Positions 1 to 9,713 of a stretch of DNA of 64,000 nt are shown piece by piece. How positions within the stretch are numbered: position 1 is the stretch's first letter; each line of letters opens with the position of its first letter. The notes under the pieces are model-generated. The model saw only the letters and a program-made list of their open reading frames with translations, ran no database searches and was not told the DNA's origin. The stretch spans positions 640,001 to 704,000 of the forward strand of contig CAWAMW010000016.1 in assembly GCA_963783305.1 (NCBI GenBank), written 5' to 3'. The position numbers were made by a program, and so were the translations under genes. The DNA is from an uncultured Gemmatimonadales bacterium. Lineage in GTDB: Bacteria; Gemmatimonadota; Gemmatimonadetes; Longimicrobiales; RSA9.

Positions 1-182
1 GACGGGTCCAGCTTGGCCTGAACGACTGGGACCGCACCCAGGTGCTGAGTGGGATCGAGTCGGGAGAGGAAGTGATCCTGATGTCGGTTGCCCGGCTTCG
101 TCAGCAGCAGGAGGACATGATGGACCGGATCCGGGAGCGGAGCAGCCCGATCCCCGGAGGTGGTGGGGGTCGTGGTCACTGA
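1..182 (+). CDS. 3' end of a probable efflux periplasmic adaptor (MacA/HlyD-like), partial
   Basis: Frame from nt 3 reads RVQLGLNDWDRTQVLSGIESGEEVIL...GGGGGRGH-TGA(180-182). This resembles the C-terminal 'V.LG......V.SGL..GE.V' motif of membrane fusion proteins and lies directly upstream of a MacB-type permease. Confidence 0.65.
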   Translation, partial: RVQLGLNDWDRTQVLSGIESGEEVILMSVARLRQQQEDMMDRIRERSSPIPGGGGGRGH

Positions 183-255
183 GCGGGCGGGCGGCAGCGG
201 AGGCGGGGCGGGCGTAGGGGGCGGACCCGCCATCTCGACCCGTAGGCGGTCGGCC

Positions 256-1464
256 ATGCTGCTGGTCGAGATCCTCAAGGTCGCGCTGGAGTCCATCCGG
301 GTGAACAAGCTGCGGTCGTTCCTGACCATGCTCGGGATCATCATCGGGATCGGGTCGGTGATCACGATGGTGGCGCTGGGAGAGGGCGCGCAGCGGCAGG
401 TGGCGGAGCGGCTCGAGGGACTGGGCACCAACGTGCTGACGGTGCGGCCGGGGCAGCAAATGTGGGGTGGGGTCGACCGGGGATCCGCGGGGCTCACGGC
501 GGAGGATGCGGAGGCGATCCGGGCCGGGGCGGCGCACGTCCGTGCGGTGGCGCCGGAGCTGGAGCGCCGGCAGCAGGTCGAGTACGGCCGGGCCAACGCC
601 AACCTGTCGGTGGTGGGTGTCTGGCCGGAGTATTTCGACATCCAGAACATGCGGCTTTCGGCGGGGCGCCTGTTCACGCCGGGTGAGGAGCGCGGACGGC
701 GCAGGCTCGTGGTGCTGGGCTCGACGGTGGGGGATCGTCTACAGAGCAGCTCGGCCGCGCTGCTGGGTCAGCGGATTCTGGTGCGCGGCATCCCTTTCGA
801 GGTGGTGGGAGTGCTGGAAGAGAAGGGCTCACAGGGGTGGGACAACCCGGACGAGCGGCTCTATATCCCTCTGGCCACGGCGCGCTTTCGGGTCATGGGG
901 ACGGAGTCGGTCCGGTCCATCAGCGTGCAGGCGGGGAGTCCGGAGGAGATGGACGGCGCCACGGCAGAGGTGGACCGGATCCTCCGACGGGAGCACCGGA
1001 TCGCGCCCGGCGATGCGTCGGACTTCAACGTTCGGAACATGGCGTCGCTCATGAGCACGTTCCAGGAGACGACGCAGACGTTCACGTTCCTTCTGGCGGG
1101 CATCGCGCTGATCTCGCTCCTGGTGGGCGGCATCGGGATCATGAACATCATGCTGGTCTCCGTCACCGAGCGGACGCGGGAGATCGGGGTCCGGAAAGCG
1201 CTCGGCGCCCGTCGTCGCCACATCCTGCTCCAGTTCCTGATCGAGTCGGTGGTGCTGTGCACGGCGGGGGGGATCATCGGTGTGGCCGTGGGTTGGGGTG
1301 GCGCCGCGGCGCTCCGGAATCTGGCCGGGTGGCAGACCGCCGTGGCCCCCGGCGCGGTGGCGCTGGCGGTGGGATTCGCCGCCGTGGTGGGAGTCTTCTT
1401 CGGGATCTGGCCAGCGCGTAGGGCCGCCCGTCTCGATCCCATTGAGGCGCTGCGCTACGAGTGA
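256..1464 (+). CDS. MacB/FtsX-family ABC transporter permease
   Basis: NKLRSFLTMLGIIIGI, ISLLVGGIGIMNIMLVSVTERTREIGVRKALGA and PARRAARLDPIEALRYE motifs. Start taken at ATG 256. Confidence 0.93.
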   Translation: MLLVEILKVALESIRVNKLRSFLTMLGIIIGIGSVITMVALGEGAQRQVAERLEGLGTNVLTVRPGQQMWGGVDRGSAGLTAEDAEAIRAGAAHVRAVAPELERRQQVEYGRANANLSVVGVWPEYFDIQNMRLSAGRLFTPGEERGRRRLVVLGSTVGDRLQSSSAALLGQRILVRGIPFEVVGVLEEKGSQGWDNPDERLYIPLATARFRVMGTESVRSISVQAGSPEEMDGATAEVDRILRREHRIAPGDASDFNVRNMASLMSTFQETTQTFTFLLAGIALISLLVGGIGIMNIMLVSVTERTREIGVRKALGARRRHILLQFLIESVVLCTAGGIIGVAVGWGGAAALRNLAGWQTAVAPGAVALAVGFAAVVGVFFGIWPARRAARLDPIEALRYE

Positions 1465-1541
1465 TTCGCGCCTGGATCTTTGCGACTACATGGCGGTATT
1501 CAGGAGGTGATTCCGGCGCCCCAGCCATCGAAGGAGCCCCG

Positions 1542-3479
1542 ATGCACAGACCGTTGCCCGCTATCCTCCTGCTCGCCGTCGCTGCGGCGGCGTGCTCCGA
1601 CCTGTCTACCGCGCCGGACCGCGTTCCGGCGGGGCTGCGGGTGGTGCCGGATACGCTGTGGCTGACGGCGGGGGAGTCGTCGGCGTTCCAGGTGGAAGTG
1701 CTCGACCAGGATGGCGAGCCCTACGCCGTGATCCCGACGTGGTCGGCTCCGACGTGGCACAGCTCGGTGCCGGACGTGATCGAGGTGGACGCGGCGGGCC
1801 GCGCGCGGGGTCTGCAGCCGGGGCAGAGCCATGCCCGGGTCGAGGTGGCGGGGATGAGCACGGGTGGAGTCGTCCTGGTGAACCCGACGGAGATCGGGGT
1901 GACGGTGCCGTTCATGCACGTGACGCAGAGCGTGCAGCGGCGTCAGGGGGATGTGCCTCTGGTGGAGGGTCGCGACGGTCTGCTGCGGGTGTACGTCCGC
2001 GGCGACGGGCTGAACTACTTCCGGCCGAAGGCCCGGGCCACGTTTTACCACGAGGAAACGGCGGTCCACGAGGCCGATCTGATGCTCGAGGGGCCGGGAC
2101 TCCCCGAGGCGGTGAATGAACTCGATCTGACGCTCTCCTACGATCTGGAGGTGCCGGGCTGGGTCCTTCGACCCGGGGTTCGCCTGGTCGTGGAGGTGGA
2201 CCCTGACGGGATCCTGCCGACGGTGGCGGGCAGCGTGCTTCGAGTCCCAGAGACGGGCTCAATGCCGCTCGACGTGGTGGCCGTGCCTCCATTCCGGCTC
2301 CGGATGGTGCCCGTGACGCAGTCGGGGAACGGTCGGACGTCGCGTCTGACCGCCTCGTACGCGGAGCGGATGACCCGGCTCACCAATGACATCTTCCCCT
2401 TCGGCGCGTTCGACATGGACGTACGCGAGCCATACGTCACGGCCGCGGGCCTCGGCACCGACGAGGGGTGGTACCAGCTCATCGAGGAGATCGCGCTGCT
2501 GCGCTGGGACGACGGCAGCTCCCGCTACTACTACGGCGGCTTCGACCGACCGCCGGGTACGAACATCGGCGGGTTGGGCTACGTGGGGTACCCGGTGGCG
2601 ATCGGGATGGACGACCAGCCGGAAGTCATCGCCCATGAGATCGGCCACACGCTGAACCTGCCGCACGCGCCGTGCGGCAACCCGGCCGGCGCCAATGCTT
2701 CGTACCCGTACAGCGGCGGCCGCACGGGACAGGTGGGCTACAACCGATCCGCCGGCACGCTCGAGCCGCCGACACGCTATGACCTCATGACCTACTGCGA
2801 TCCCATCTGGATCAGCGATTACAATTATCGCAACGTCCTCGACTACCGCGCGACCAGCGAGTTCGATCTGCGCGCCGGGGAAGGCAGCGGGACTTTGGCC
2901 GGTGCAGGGACCGCAGCGCGGGCGCCGGAGGGGCGGGTGCTGGTGATCCGGGGCGGCGTGCGAGACGGCGGGCTCCGGCTCGAGCCGGCGCTGGAATGGA
3001 CCGGACCGGTCACATTGCCGGAGCCGGGTGGGCGCTACCGCCTGGAAGGGCTGGACGCGGCGGGCGCGACGATCTTCTCGGTGTCGCTCGAGCCGCGCCG
3101 GCTGGACCACAGGGGCGACGACGCGCAGTTCCTCGTGGCGCTCCCGCTGGAGGCGGCCGAGCCGGTCAGGCTGGCGCGGCTTCGGCTGCGGGGTCCGGAG
3201 GGGATGGTGGAGCGGACGCGGACGGGCGGCTCCCTCCCGGCGAGGCCGCAGCTGCGGGTGGGCAGCGGCGTGCCGTGGGCGCCGAGCGCCACCGCGGACC
3301 CGGTGGCGCGCTGGGACGTAGGGTCTTTCCCGCTGGCGGTGGTGCGGAGCCGGGCGACGGGCGCGATCCGTGGAATGTCGCGGACGGGCGAGATCGTGAT
3401 TCCCGAGGGCGGCGGCGACATGGAGGTGCTGCTGAGCGACGGACTCGGAACGCGGCCCGCCATCCTGGTGCGGCGGTGA
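1542..3479 (+). CDS. Lipoprotein zinc metallopeptidase (M66-like metzincin) with N-terminal Ig-like domain
   Basis: AAGGAG RBS before ATG 1542, signal peptide ending AAAA-C, Big_2-like segment (W.SS.P.V..VD..G), HEIGHTLNLPH zinc motif and DLMTYC Met-turn. Confidence 0.8.
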   Translation: MHRPLPAILLLAVAAAACSDLSTAPDRVPAGLRVVPDTLWLTAGESSAFQVEVLDQDGEPYAVIPTWSAPTWHSSVPDVIEVDAAGRARGLQPGQSHARVEVAGMSTGGVVLVNPTEIGVTVPFMHVTQSVQRRQGDVPLVEGRDGLLRVYVRGDGLNYFRPKARATFYHEETAVHEADLMLEGPGLPEAVNELDLTLSYDLEVPGWVLRPGVRLVVEVDPDGILPTVAGSVLRVPETGSMPLDVVAVPPFRLRMVPVTQSGNGRTSRLTASYAERMTRLTNDIFPFGAFDMDVREPYVTAAGLGTDEGWYQLIEEIALLRWDDGSSRYYYGGFDRPPGTNIGGLGYVGYPVAIGMDDQPEVIAHEIGHTLNLPHAPCGNPAGANASYPYSGGRTGQVGYNRSAGTLEPPTRYDLMTYCDPIWISDYNYRNVLDYRATSEFDLRAGEGSGTLAGAGTAARAPEGRVLVIRGGVRDGGLRLEPALEWTGPVTLPEPGGRYRLEGLDAAGATIFSVSLEPRRLDHRGDDAQFLVALPLEAAEPVRLARLRLRGPEGMVERTRTGGSLPARPQLRVGSGVPWAPSATADPVARWDVGSFPLAVVRSRATGAIRGMSRTGEIVIPEGGGDMEVLLSDGLGTRPAILVRR

Positions 3480-4042
3480 CGCGGCTCGGGGCGTGGCTGC
3501 TGATGGTCGCGCTGGTCACGGGCCTGGCGACGGCGCCGGTCGCCGCGCAGCGGGTCGAGGTGGAGATTCGGGCGGGCGCTGCGGTGGGCAACTACAGTGA
3601 GACGGGCGCCGGGCTGGAGTGGGTCCCGGGCCCATCGTTCGGCGCGGCCGTCGAGCTGTGGCCGGGTGAGACGCGGGCCGCGTACATCGCCCTCCACAGC
3701 TCATCGTTCGGGTGCGAGGAGGGGTTCTGCGCGGGCGGAAATGTCTCCATCACGAGTCAGGGGCTGGTCCTCGGAGGACGGTGGTCGCCCGGGCTGCCCT
3801 GGGTTCGGGCCGGAGTCGGGCTCCAGTGGCTGCGGCTGGACGCTGAGCAGGCGGACGAGCGCTTCGACGCCGGACTCGGGTTCGAGGCTGCCGCCGGTCT
3901 GACCTGGCGGGTGAGTGAACGAGTGAACCTCCGGCCGGGCCTGACATACCGTCGGCAGGCGGTATCCACCGCCGGTGGGGACCAGCACGCCGGAGTGTTC
4001 GTGCTCGAACTGGGCGGCTCCACGAGGCTCGGCGGCTTCTAG
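3476..4042 (+). CDS. Outer-membrane beta-barrel protein
   Basis: GTG start overlaps the peptidase stop (GTGA). Signal peptide ending AVA/VAA-Q, alternating amphipathic strands and terminal Phe. Confidence 0.65.
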   Translation: MTRLGAWLLMVALVTGLATAPVAAQRVEVEIRAGAAVGNYSETGAGLEWVPGPSFGAAVELWPGETRAAYIALHSSSFGCEEGFCAGGNVSITSQGLVLGGRWSPGLPWVRAGVGLQWLRLDAEQADERFDAGLGFEAAAGLTWRVSERVNLRPGLTYRRQAVSTAGGDQHAGVFVLELGGSTRLGGF

Positions 4043-4112
4043 GCGGCGGCACTCGCCGGATCCGTCGCATCCCGCCATTCCCCCGCCCCGTCCGCGGGTG
4101 GACCTTGCCGTC

Positions 4113-5687
4113 ATGCTTGCGACGATCCGTAGTGGGGCGGTGCTGGGCGTGGACGCATACCCGGTCCGGGTGGAGGTGGACCTGGCCCGGGGTCTCCCGT
4201 GCATGACCATTGTCGGGCTGCCGCAGGGGGCGGTGCGCGAGGGTCGAGATCGGGTGACGGCGGCGCTGGCCAACAGCGGCTACGAGCTGCCCCCCCGGCG
4301 GGTCACCATCAACCTTGCCCCGGCCGATATCCCGAAGAGCGGCAGCGCGTTCGACCTCCCCATCGCCATCGGGATCATGGCCGCCGCGGGCCGGATGACA
4401 GGCGTGGCGCTCGGTGGCGTCTGTCTGCTGGGGGAACTGGGGTTGGACGGGGGTGTCCGCCCTGTACAGGGTGTGCTGGCCGTGGCGCTCCGCTGCAGAG
4501 AAGAGGGAGTGGCTTCGCTGATCGTGCCGGCGGCCAACGCGGCGGAGGCGGCTGTGGTGGATGGGGTGGCGGTGCACGGCGCCCGTGCCCTCGCCGAGGT
4601 AGTGGCGCACCTGAGCGGGCGGGCGCCTCTGCCCCGCGCGAAGCCTGTGTCACCACCCGAGGACGCCGGCGACGAATCCCAGCCGGATTTCCGGGATGTC
4701 CGGGGACAGGAGACCGCGCGTCGAGCGCTGGAGATCGCGGCGGCCGGCTCCCACAACGCTCTGCTGGTGGGGCCACCGGGTGCCGGAAAGTCCATGATGG
4801 CGCGGCGGATTCCCTCCATTCTCCCGCCGCTGACGTCGGCCGAGGCCGTGGACGCGACCCGTGTGCATTCCGTGGCCGGCCGGCTGTCGGCTGGGCAGGG
4901 GCTGCTGACCCGACGTCCTTTCCGAGCCCCCCATCACGCCGTTTCGGACGCGGGGCTCGTGGGAGGCGGCGGGCTGCCGCGTCCAGGGGAAGCCTCACTC
5001 GCCCACCACGGGGTGCTGTTCCTCGATGAGCTGCCCGAGTTCCGGCGCTCGGCACTGGAGTCACTGCGCCAGCCGCTGGAGGATGGCGCGATCCACATCG
5101 GCCGCGCCCGTGCCTCGGTGCGCCTGCCCGCTCGTTTCATGCTGATCGCGGCCATGAACCCGTGCCCCTGTGGTCACCATGGCGAGCCCGAAGGGCGCTG
5201 CCGCTGCTCACCGACTCAGGTGCGACGCTACCGGGCGCGGGTATCTGGCCCGCTCATGGACCGGATGGACCTTCACGTGCAGGTCCCCGCGGCGCGGCCG
5301 GAGCAGTTGACGAGCGCGCGGCCGGTGGAGTCGAGCGACAGCATCCGGGAGCGGGTCGTGGAGGCGCGCCGGCGGCAGACAGTGCGGTACCTGGGGGCGG
5401 GCGTGTTCGCCAACGCGCACCTGGACGCCGCAGGCACGCGCCGCTTCTGCGCACTGGACGCGGCCGGGTCGGCGTTGCTGGAGGCGGCCATCCGGCGGCT
5501 GGGGCTGTCCGGGCGTGGGTACCATCGGATCCTTCGGGTCGCGCGGACGATCGCCGACCTGGACGGGACGGAGGCGCTGGAGGCGGAGCACGTTGCGGAG
5601 GCGATCCAGTTCCGTTCTCTCGATCGGCCCATCGAAACGGCCGGGTACCGGTCGGCCGCGGATCCGGGCTGTGGGGCCGCCTTGTAA
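4113..5687 (+). CDS. comM: YifB/ComM-family Mg-chelatase-like AAA+ ATPase
   Basis: INLAPADIPKSGSAFDLPIA, Walker A GPPGAGKS, PFRAPHH, PGEASLAHHGVLFLDELPEF, AAMNPCPCG. Confidence 0.92.
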   Translation: MLATIRSGAVLGVDAYPVRVEVDLARGLPCMTIVGLPQGAVREGRDRVTAALANSGYELPPRRVTINLAPADIPKSGSAFDLPIAIGIMAAAGRMTGVALGGVCLLGELGLDGGVRPVQGVLAVALRCREEGVASLIVPAANAAEAAVVDGVAVHGARALAEVVAHLSGRAPLPRAKPVSPPEDAGDESQPDFRDVRGQETARRALEIAAAGSHNALLVGPPGAGKSMMARRIPSILPPLTSAEAVDATRVHSVAGRLSAGQGLLTRRPFRAPHHAVSDAGLVGGGGLPRPGEASLAHHGVLFLDELPEFRRSALESLRQPLEDGAIHIGRARASVRLPARFMLIAAMNPCPCGHHGEPEGRCRCSPTQVRRYRARVSGPLMDRMDLHVQVPAARPEQLTSARPVESSDSIRERVVEARRRQTVRYLGAGVFANAHLDAAGTRRFCALDAAGSALLEAAIRRLGLSGRGYHRILRVARTIADLDGTEALEAEHVAEAIQFRSLDRPIETAGYRSAADPGCGAAL

Positions 5688-5777
5688 AGGGCCGGACATT
5701 GCGGTAGCTTCGCGCTCGGGCGCCGGGGCTACGAACGGGAGGCCGGCCCGGCAGACCACAGCGCAGCGGGCGGCGGG

Positions 5778-6608
5778 TTGGACGAAAGCACGGTTCGGGA
5801 TGCGACACGGCGACTGACGCGGGTCCTCGAGGACTGCGGGTCCGTGTGCGTCGGGTATTCTGGCGGCGTGGATAGCGTTTTCCTGGCCGCGTTCGCGGTG
5901 AAGGTTCTCGGACGCGAGCGGGTGCTCGCGGTCACGGGCCGCTCCGCTGCGTATCCGGCGGTGCAACACCGTATGGCGCTGGAGTGCGTCGAGCGATTCG
6001 GCATCCCGCACCTCGAGGTCGAGACCCACGAGCTGGCGGACGCCGGCTACGCGGCCAATGGCACCGACCGCTGCTATTTCTGCAAGTCGGAGCTCTGGGA
6101 AAGGCTGGATGCAGTAGCGCGAGAGCACGGCCTGAGGACCGTCGTAGACGGTTCGAACACCGATGACGCGGCGGACCACCGTCCGGGCGCCCGCGCGGGG
6201 CGTGAGCGCTCGGTGCGGTCACCGCTGCAGGAGGCGGGGTTGGACAAGGCCATGATCCGGGAGCTGTCTCGGGCCATGGAACTCCCGACGTGGGATCAGC
6301 CGGCGTCGCCGTGCCTGGCGAGCCGCCTGACGTACGGGCTGCAGGTCACGCCGGAGCGGCTGTCGCAGGTGGAGCGGGCGGAGTCGCTGCTGCGGGAGCG
6401 TGGCCTCCGTGAGCTGCGCGTGCGGCATCACGGCACGGCCGCCCGTATCGAGGTGGCGCCCGCGGAGCTGTCGGCAGCGGCGGGGATCGTGTTGGAGGTG
6501 GCGTCGTCGATCCGGGGGCTCGGCTTCGAGCGTGTGCTCCTCGACGTGGAGGGCTACCGCCGGGGCGCATTGAACGAGGGCATGGTCCAGCTGGAGGCGC
6601 GAGCGTGA
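5778..6608 (+). CDS. larE: LarE-family ATP-dependent PP-loop sulfur transferase
   Basis: PP-loop SGGVDS, DRCYFCK, DGSNTDD...RPG, SPL, PASPCLASR, RVRHHG..ARIEV and GYRRGALN. TTG start is uncertain. Confidence 0.85.
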   Translation: MDESTVRDATRRLTRVLEDCGSVCVGYSGGVDSVFLAAFAVKVLGRERVLAVTGRSAAYPAVQHRMALECVERFGIPHLEVETHELADAGYAANGTDRCYFCKSELWERLDAVAREHGLRTVVDGSNTDDAADHRPGARAGRERSVRSPLQEAGLDKAMIRELSRAMELPTWDQPASPCLASRLTYGLQVTPERLSQVERAESLLRERGLRELRVRHHGTAARIEVAPAELSAAAGIVLEVASSIRGLGFERVLLDVEGYRRGALNEGMVQLEARA

Positions 6609-6826
6609 CCGAGGCGCGAATCGAGGCGGTGCGTGCGCTCCTCGAGGGCGCGGGTATGGAGGGTGAAGTGAGCACGGCGGGGACCGGGGGCGAGATCGCG
6701 GCCGTCCGGGGCGATGTCGCGCTGCGGGAGGGGCTGGCGCGACTTGCGCCGGAGATCCGCTCCCTCGGCTTCCGCTATGTGGCGCTGGAGCCGAGGGACG
6801 CGAACCACGACAACGAGGATTCATGA
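6605..6826 (+). CDS. Small hypothetical protein resembling the LarE C-terminal domain
   Basis: 73 aa, coupled on both sides (GTGA and ATGA overlaps). EIRSLGFRYVALE parallels LarE SIRGLGFERVLLD. Confidence 0.7.
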   Translation: MTEARIEAVRALLEGAGMEGEVSTAGTGGEIAAVRGDVALREGLARLAPEIRSLGFRYVALEPRDANHDNEDS

Positions 6827-7416
6827 GACTGTTCATCGCCATCAATTTCACCGCGAAGGACCGGCAGCGGATCTACAGCGCAGCCCGGAAGATGCGGGAG
6901 GCGGAGCTGCCCGTGCGGTGGGTCGATCCGGACCAGCTGCACCTCACGCTGAAGTTCCTGGGCGAGGTCCGGCCGGAGCGGGCGGCCCGGGTGAAGGAAG
7001 CGGTGGCGAGGGTAGCGGAAAAGACGCAGCCGTTCGAGATGCTGCTGGGCGGCGCGGGCGCCTTCCCGACCATGCGGCGGCCGAAGGTGGTGTGGCTGGG
7101 AGTGGAGGCCTCGGCGGAGCTGCGTTGTCTTAAGCACGACCTGGAGTGGGAGCTGGCGCCCCTGGGATTCGAGCGCGAGGTGCGCGCGTTCCATCCGCAC
7201 GTCACACTGGGCCGGGCAACGAATGAGTCGCGGGCGGGAGACTTCCGCGACTTCGAGACGCTGGTGAACGACATGTCGTTCCAGCGGTCGGTAACCGTAC
7301 GGACCGTGGACGTGATGGAGAGCCACCTGTCCTCCAAGGGGGCGCGCTACGACAAGGAGCTCTCAGCGAAGCTCGGGCGGGACGCGAGCGCGATCATGTC
7401 GAAAGTCGCGCGCTGA
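6823..7416 (+). CDS. thpR: RNA 2',3'-cyclic phosphodiesterase (2H phosphoesterase)
   Basis: MRLFIAI start and two HxT motifs (LHLTLKFLG, FHPHVTLGR). Confidence 0.92.
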   Translation: MRLFIAINFTAKDRQRIYSAARKMREAELPVRWVDPDQLHLTLKFLGEVRPERAARVKEAVARVAEKTQPFEMLLGGAGAFPTMRRPKVVWLGVEASAELRCLKHDLEWELAPLGFEREVRAFHPHVTLGRATNESRAGDFRDFETLVNDMSFQRSVTVRTVDVMESHLSSKGARYDKELSAKLGRDASAIMSKVAR

Positions 7417-7418
7417 GC

Positions 7419-8069
7419 ATGGGCCGCTTCGTCGGGGGCTGCCTCGGTCGGGTGGTGGCGCTGGCGATCCTGGTCGTGGCGGTGGCCTTCGCGTGGCTCA
7501 ACCGCCACGAGCTGACCGACGTCTGGCAGCGGTGGACCGGGGGCGAGCCGCTGGCGACGCAGGCGCTGGCCGCACAGGCGGACGAAAAGCTGGCGTCCCT
7601 CAGCGCGGACGACGACGTGTGGCGCGTGGCGCTCCACCAGGACGAGCTTCAGAGCCTGATCGTCTACCGCTGGGCCCCCTTCCTTCCCGCGGATGTCGCC
7701 GATCCGCGGGTCTCGGTGTCGGACGGCCGCCTCACGCTCGAGGGCGGTGTAGCCACCGCGCGCTTCGGGCGGATCAAGGAGCTGCAGGACATCGTGGCGT
7801 TCCTCCCGGACACGGCGTCGCTTCGGGCGGTGGCGTCGTTTGTGCCGCTGGACAGCGGCCGGGTGGCGCTGGAAGTGCACGAGCTCTCGGCTGCGGGGAT
7901 CCCGATCCCGGGTGCGCTGATCCCGACAATCCTGAGTCGGTTCCGCGGTGCGGCCGCGCCGGGGGTGGCGCCGAACGCGCTGGCGGTGCCTCTCCCGCCG
8001 GGTATCCGTGGCGCGTTCGTGAGCGGTGACTCGCTGGTGTTCCTGGCGAACGAGGATGGAGGCGCGTAG
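7419..8069 (+). CDS. Membrane-anchored hypothetical protein
   Basis: N-terminal GCL plus a hydrophobic helix, GC3-rich codon usage, and tight spacing to both neighbours. Confidence 0.7.
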   Translation: MGRFVGGCLGRVVALAILVVAVAFAWLNRHELTDVWQRWTGGEPLATQALAAQADEKLASLSADDDVWRVALHQDELQSLIVYRWAPFLPADVADPRVSVSDGRLTLEGGVATARFGRIKELQDIVAFLPDTASLRAVASFVPLDSGRVALEVHELSAAGIPIPGALIPTILSRFRGAAAPGVAPNALAVPLPPGIRGAFVSGDSLVFLANEDGGA

Positions 8070-8071
8070 AC

Positions 8072-9439
8072 ATGGCCCGCATCCTGGTGGTCGATGACGA
8101 GGAGGGTATCCGCCACGTCCTGCGCCAGGTCCTGGAGTACGAGGGCCACGAGGTGGAGACGGCGGAGGGCGGGGGCGAGGCGCTGACGAAGCACGAGGCG
8201 TTCAGCCCCGATCTCATGTTCCTCGACGTGAAGATGGCCCGTATGGACGGGCTGGAGGTCCTGGGCCGTATCCGCGAGCGGGACCCGGAGGCCGTGGTGG
8301 TCATGATAAGCGGCCACGGCTCGATCGAGACCGCCGTGGAGGCCACGCGCCGAGGAGCGTTCGACTTCCTGGAGAAGCCGCTGGACACCGACCGGATCCT
8401 GGTCACCATCCGCAATGCGCTCCAACACCGGGGTCTGGCACAGGAGGTGACGCGTCTCCGTGATGAGGTGGAGAGCCGCTATGAGATGGTGGGGCGGAGC
8501 TTCGCCATCCGCAGCGTGCTGGAGCGGATCGACAAGGTCGGGCCCACGGATGCGCGGGTGCTCATCACGGGGGAGAACGGCAGCGGCAAGGAGCTGGTGG
8601 CGCGCGCGCTCCACCGGGTCTCGCCACGCTCGGAGGCCCCATTCGTGGAGGTGAACTGCGCCGCCATTCCGGCGGAGCTCATCGAGAGCGAGCTGTTCGG
8701 TCACGTGCGCGGCGCCTTCACCGGAGCCCACACCGACCGGACCGGAAAATTCGAGCAGGCGGATGGCGGAACGCTGTTCCTGGACGAGATCGGCGACATG
8801 AGCCTGAGTGCGCAGGCCAAGGTGCTACGGACGCTCCAGGACGGAGTGGTGACCCGGGTGGGTGGCGAGAGGACCGTGCGAGTGGACGTGCGGGTGGTCG
8901 CTGCCACGAACAAGGAGTTGGAGAAGGAGATCTCGGAGGGTCGGTTCCGTGAGGACCTCTTTTTCCGACTGAACGTGGTGCCCCTCCATGTGCCCCCGCT
9001 GCGCGACCGGAGGGAGGACATCCCGATGCTGGTGCGTCACTTCTCGGAGCGTGCCATCCAGGAGCAGCGATTGCCGCCCCGTCGCCTTTCGGCCGAGGCC
9101 GTGGAGCGCCTCCAGGCCATGGACTGGCCGGGCAACGTGCGGGAGCTCAAAAACACGGTGGAGCGGCTGCTGATCCTGTCGCACGGTCCCGAGGTGGGGG
9201 GGCGTGAGGTCGAACGACTGGTGGGCGCGCCGCAGGACGCGGGCCTTCCGGCGGATCTCATGGGTGCGGCGAGCTTCGCCGATTTCAAGGACCGGGCGGA
9301 GCGCGGCTATATCCTCGGCAAGCTCAGGGAGAACGACTGGAACGTGAGCGAGACCGCGCGCTCGATCGACATGCCGCGGTCGAACCTGTACAAGAAGATC
9401 GAGAAGTACGGTCTGGTCCGGGAGGACTCGGGGGAATGA
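8072..9439 (+). CDS. Sigma-54-dependent response regulator (NtrC/NtrX family)
   Basis: Receiver domain (VVDDE, FLDVKM), Walker A GENGSGKE, intact [20 protein letters not shown] and Fis-type HTH. Confidence 0.93.
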   Translation: MARILVVDDEEGIRHVLRQVLEYEGHEVETAEGGGEALTKHEAFSPDLMFLDVKMARMDGLEVLGRIRERDPEAVVVMISGHGSIETAVEATRRGAFDFLEKPLDTDRILVTIRNALQHRGLAQEVTRLRDEVESRYEMVGRSFAIRSVLERIDKVGPTDARVLITGENGSGKELVARALHRVSPRSEAPFVEVNCAAIPAELIESELFGHVRGAFTGAHTDRTGKFEQADGGTLFLDEIGDMSLSAQAKVLRTLQDGVVTRVGGERTVRVDVRVVAATNKELEKEISEGRFREDLFFRLNVVPLHVPPLRDRREDIPMLVRHFSERAIQEQRLPPRRLSAEAVERLQAMDWPGNVRELKNTVERLLILSHGPEVGGREVERLVGAPQDAGLPADLMGAASFADFKDRAERGYILGKLRENDWNVSETARSIDMPRSNLYKKIEKYGLVREDSGE

Positions 9440-9624
9440 GCCGCACGACCGCCCTGATGGTACTGGTGGCGGTGTGGCTCGGAACGTCCGCGGCGGGCGG
9501 CGCACTGCTGGCACGACTGGCGAAGCGGATCCACCCATCGCTCAACTATCACCGGCTCTGGCTGGTGTACACCGGCCTTCTGGCGTTCACGGTGGCCGCG
9601 GTGATGATCATCGCGTGGTGGTGA
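9436..9624 (+). CDS. Small two-TM membrane protein
   Basis: ATGA-coupled to the regulator, 62 aa with two hydrophobic segments. Confidence 0.6.
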   Translation: MSRTTALMVLVAVWLGTSAAGGALLARLAKRIHPSLNYHRLWLVYTGLLAFTVAAVMIIAWW

Positions 9625-9713
9625 GGTCGCGGCACCTTGCCGCCGACCGCGCTCGACGGCACGTTGGTCGGGTTGATCATCGAGGCACAAGCGAATCGAA
9701 CCTGGAGGCATAC

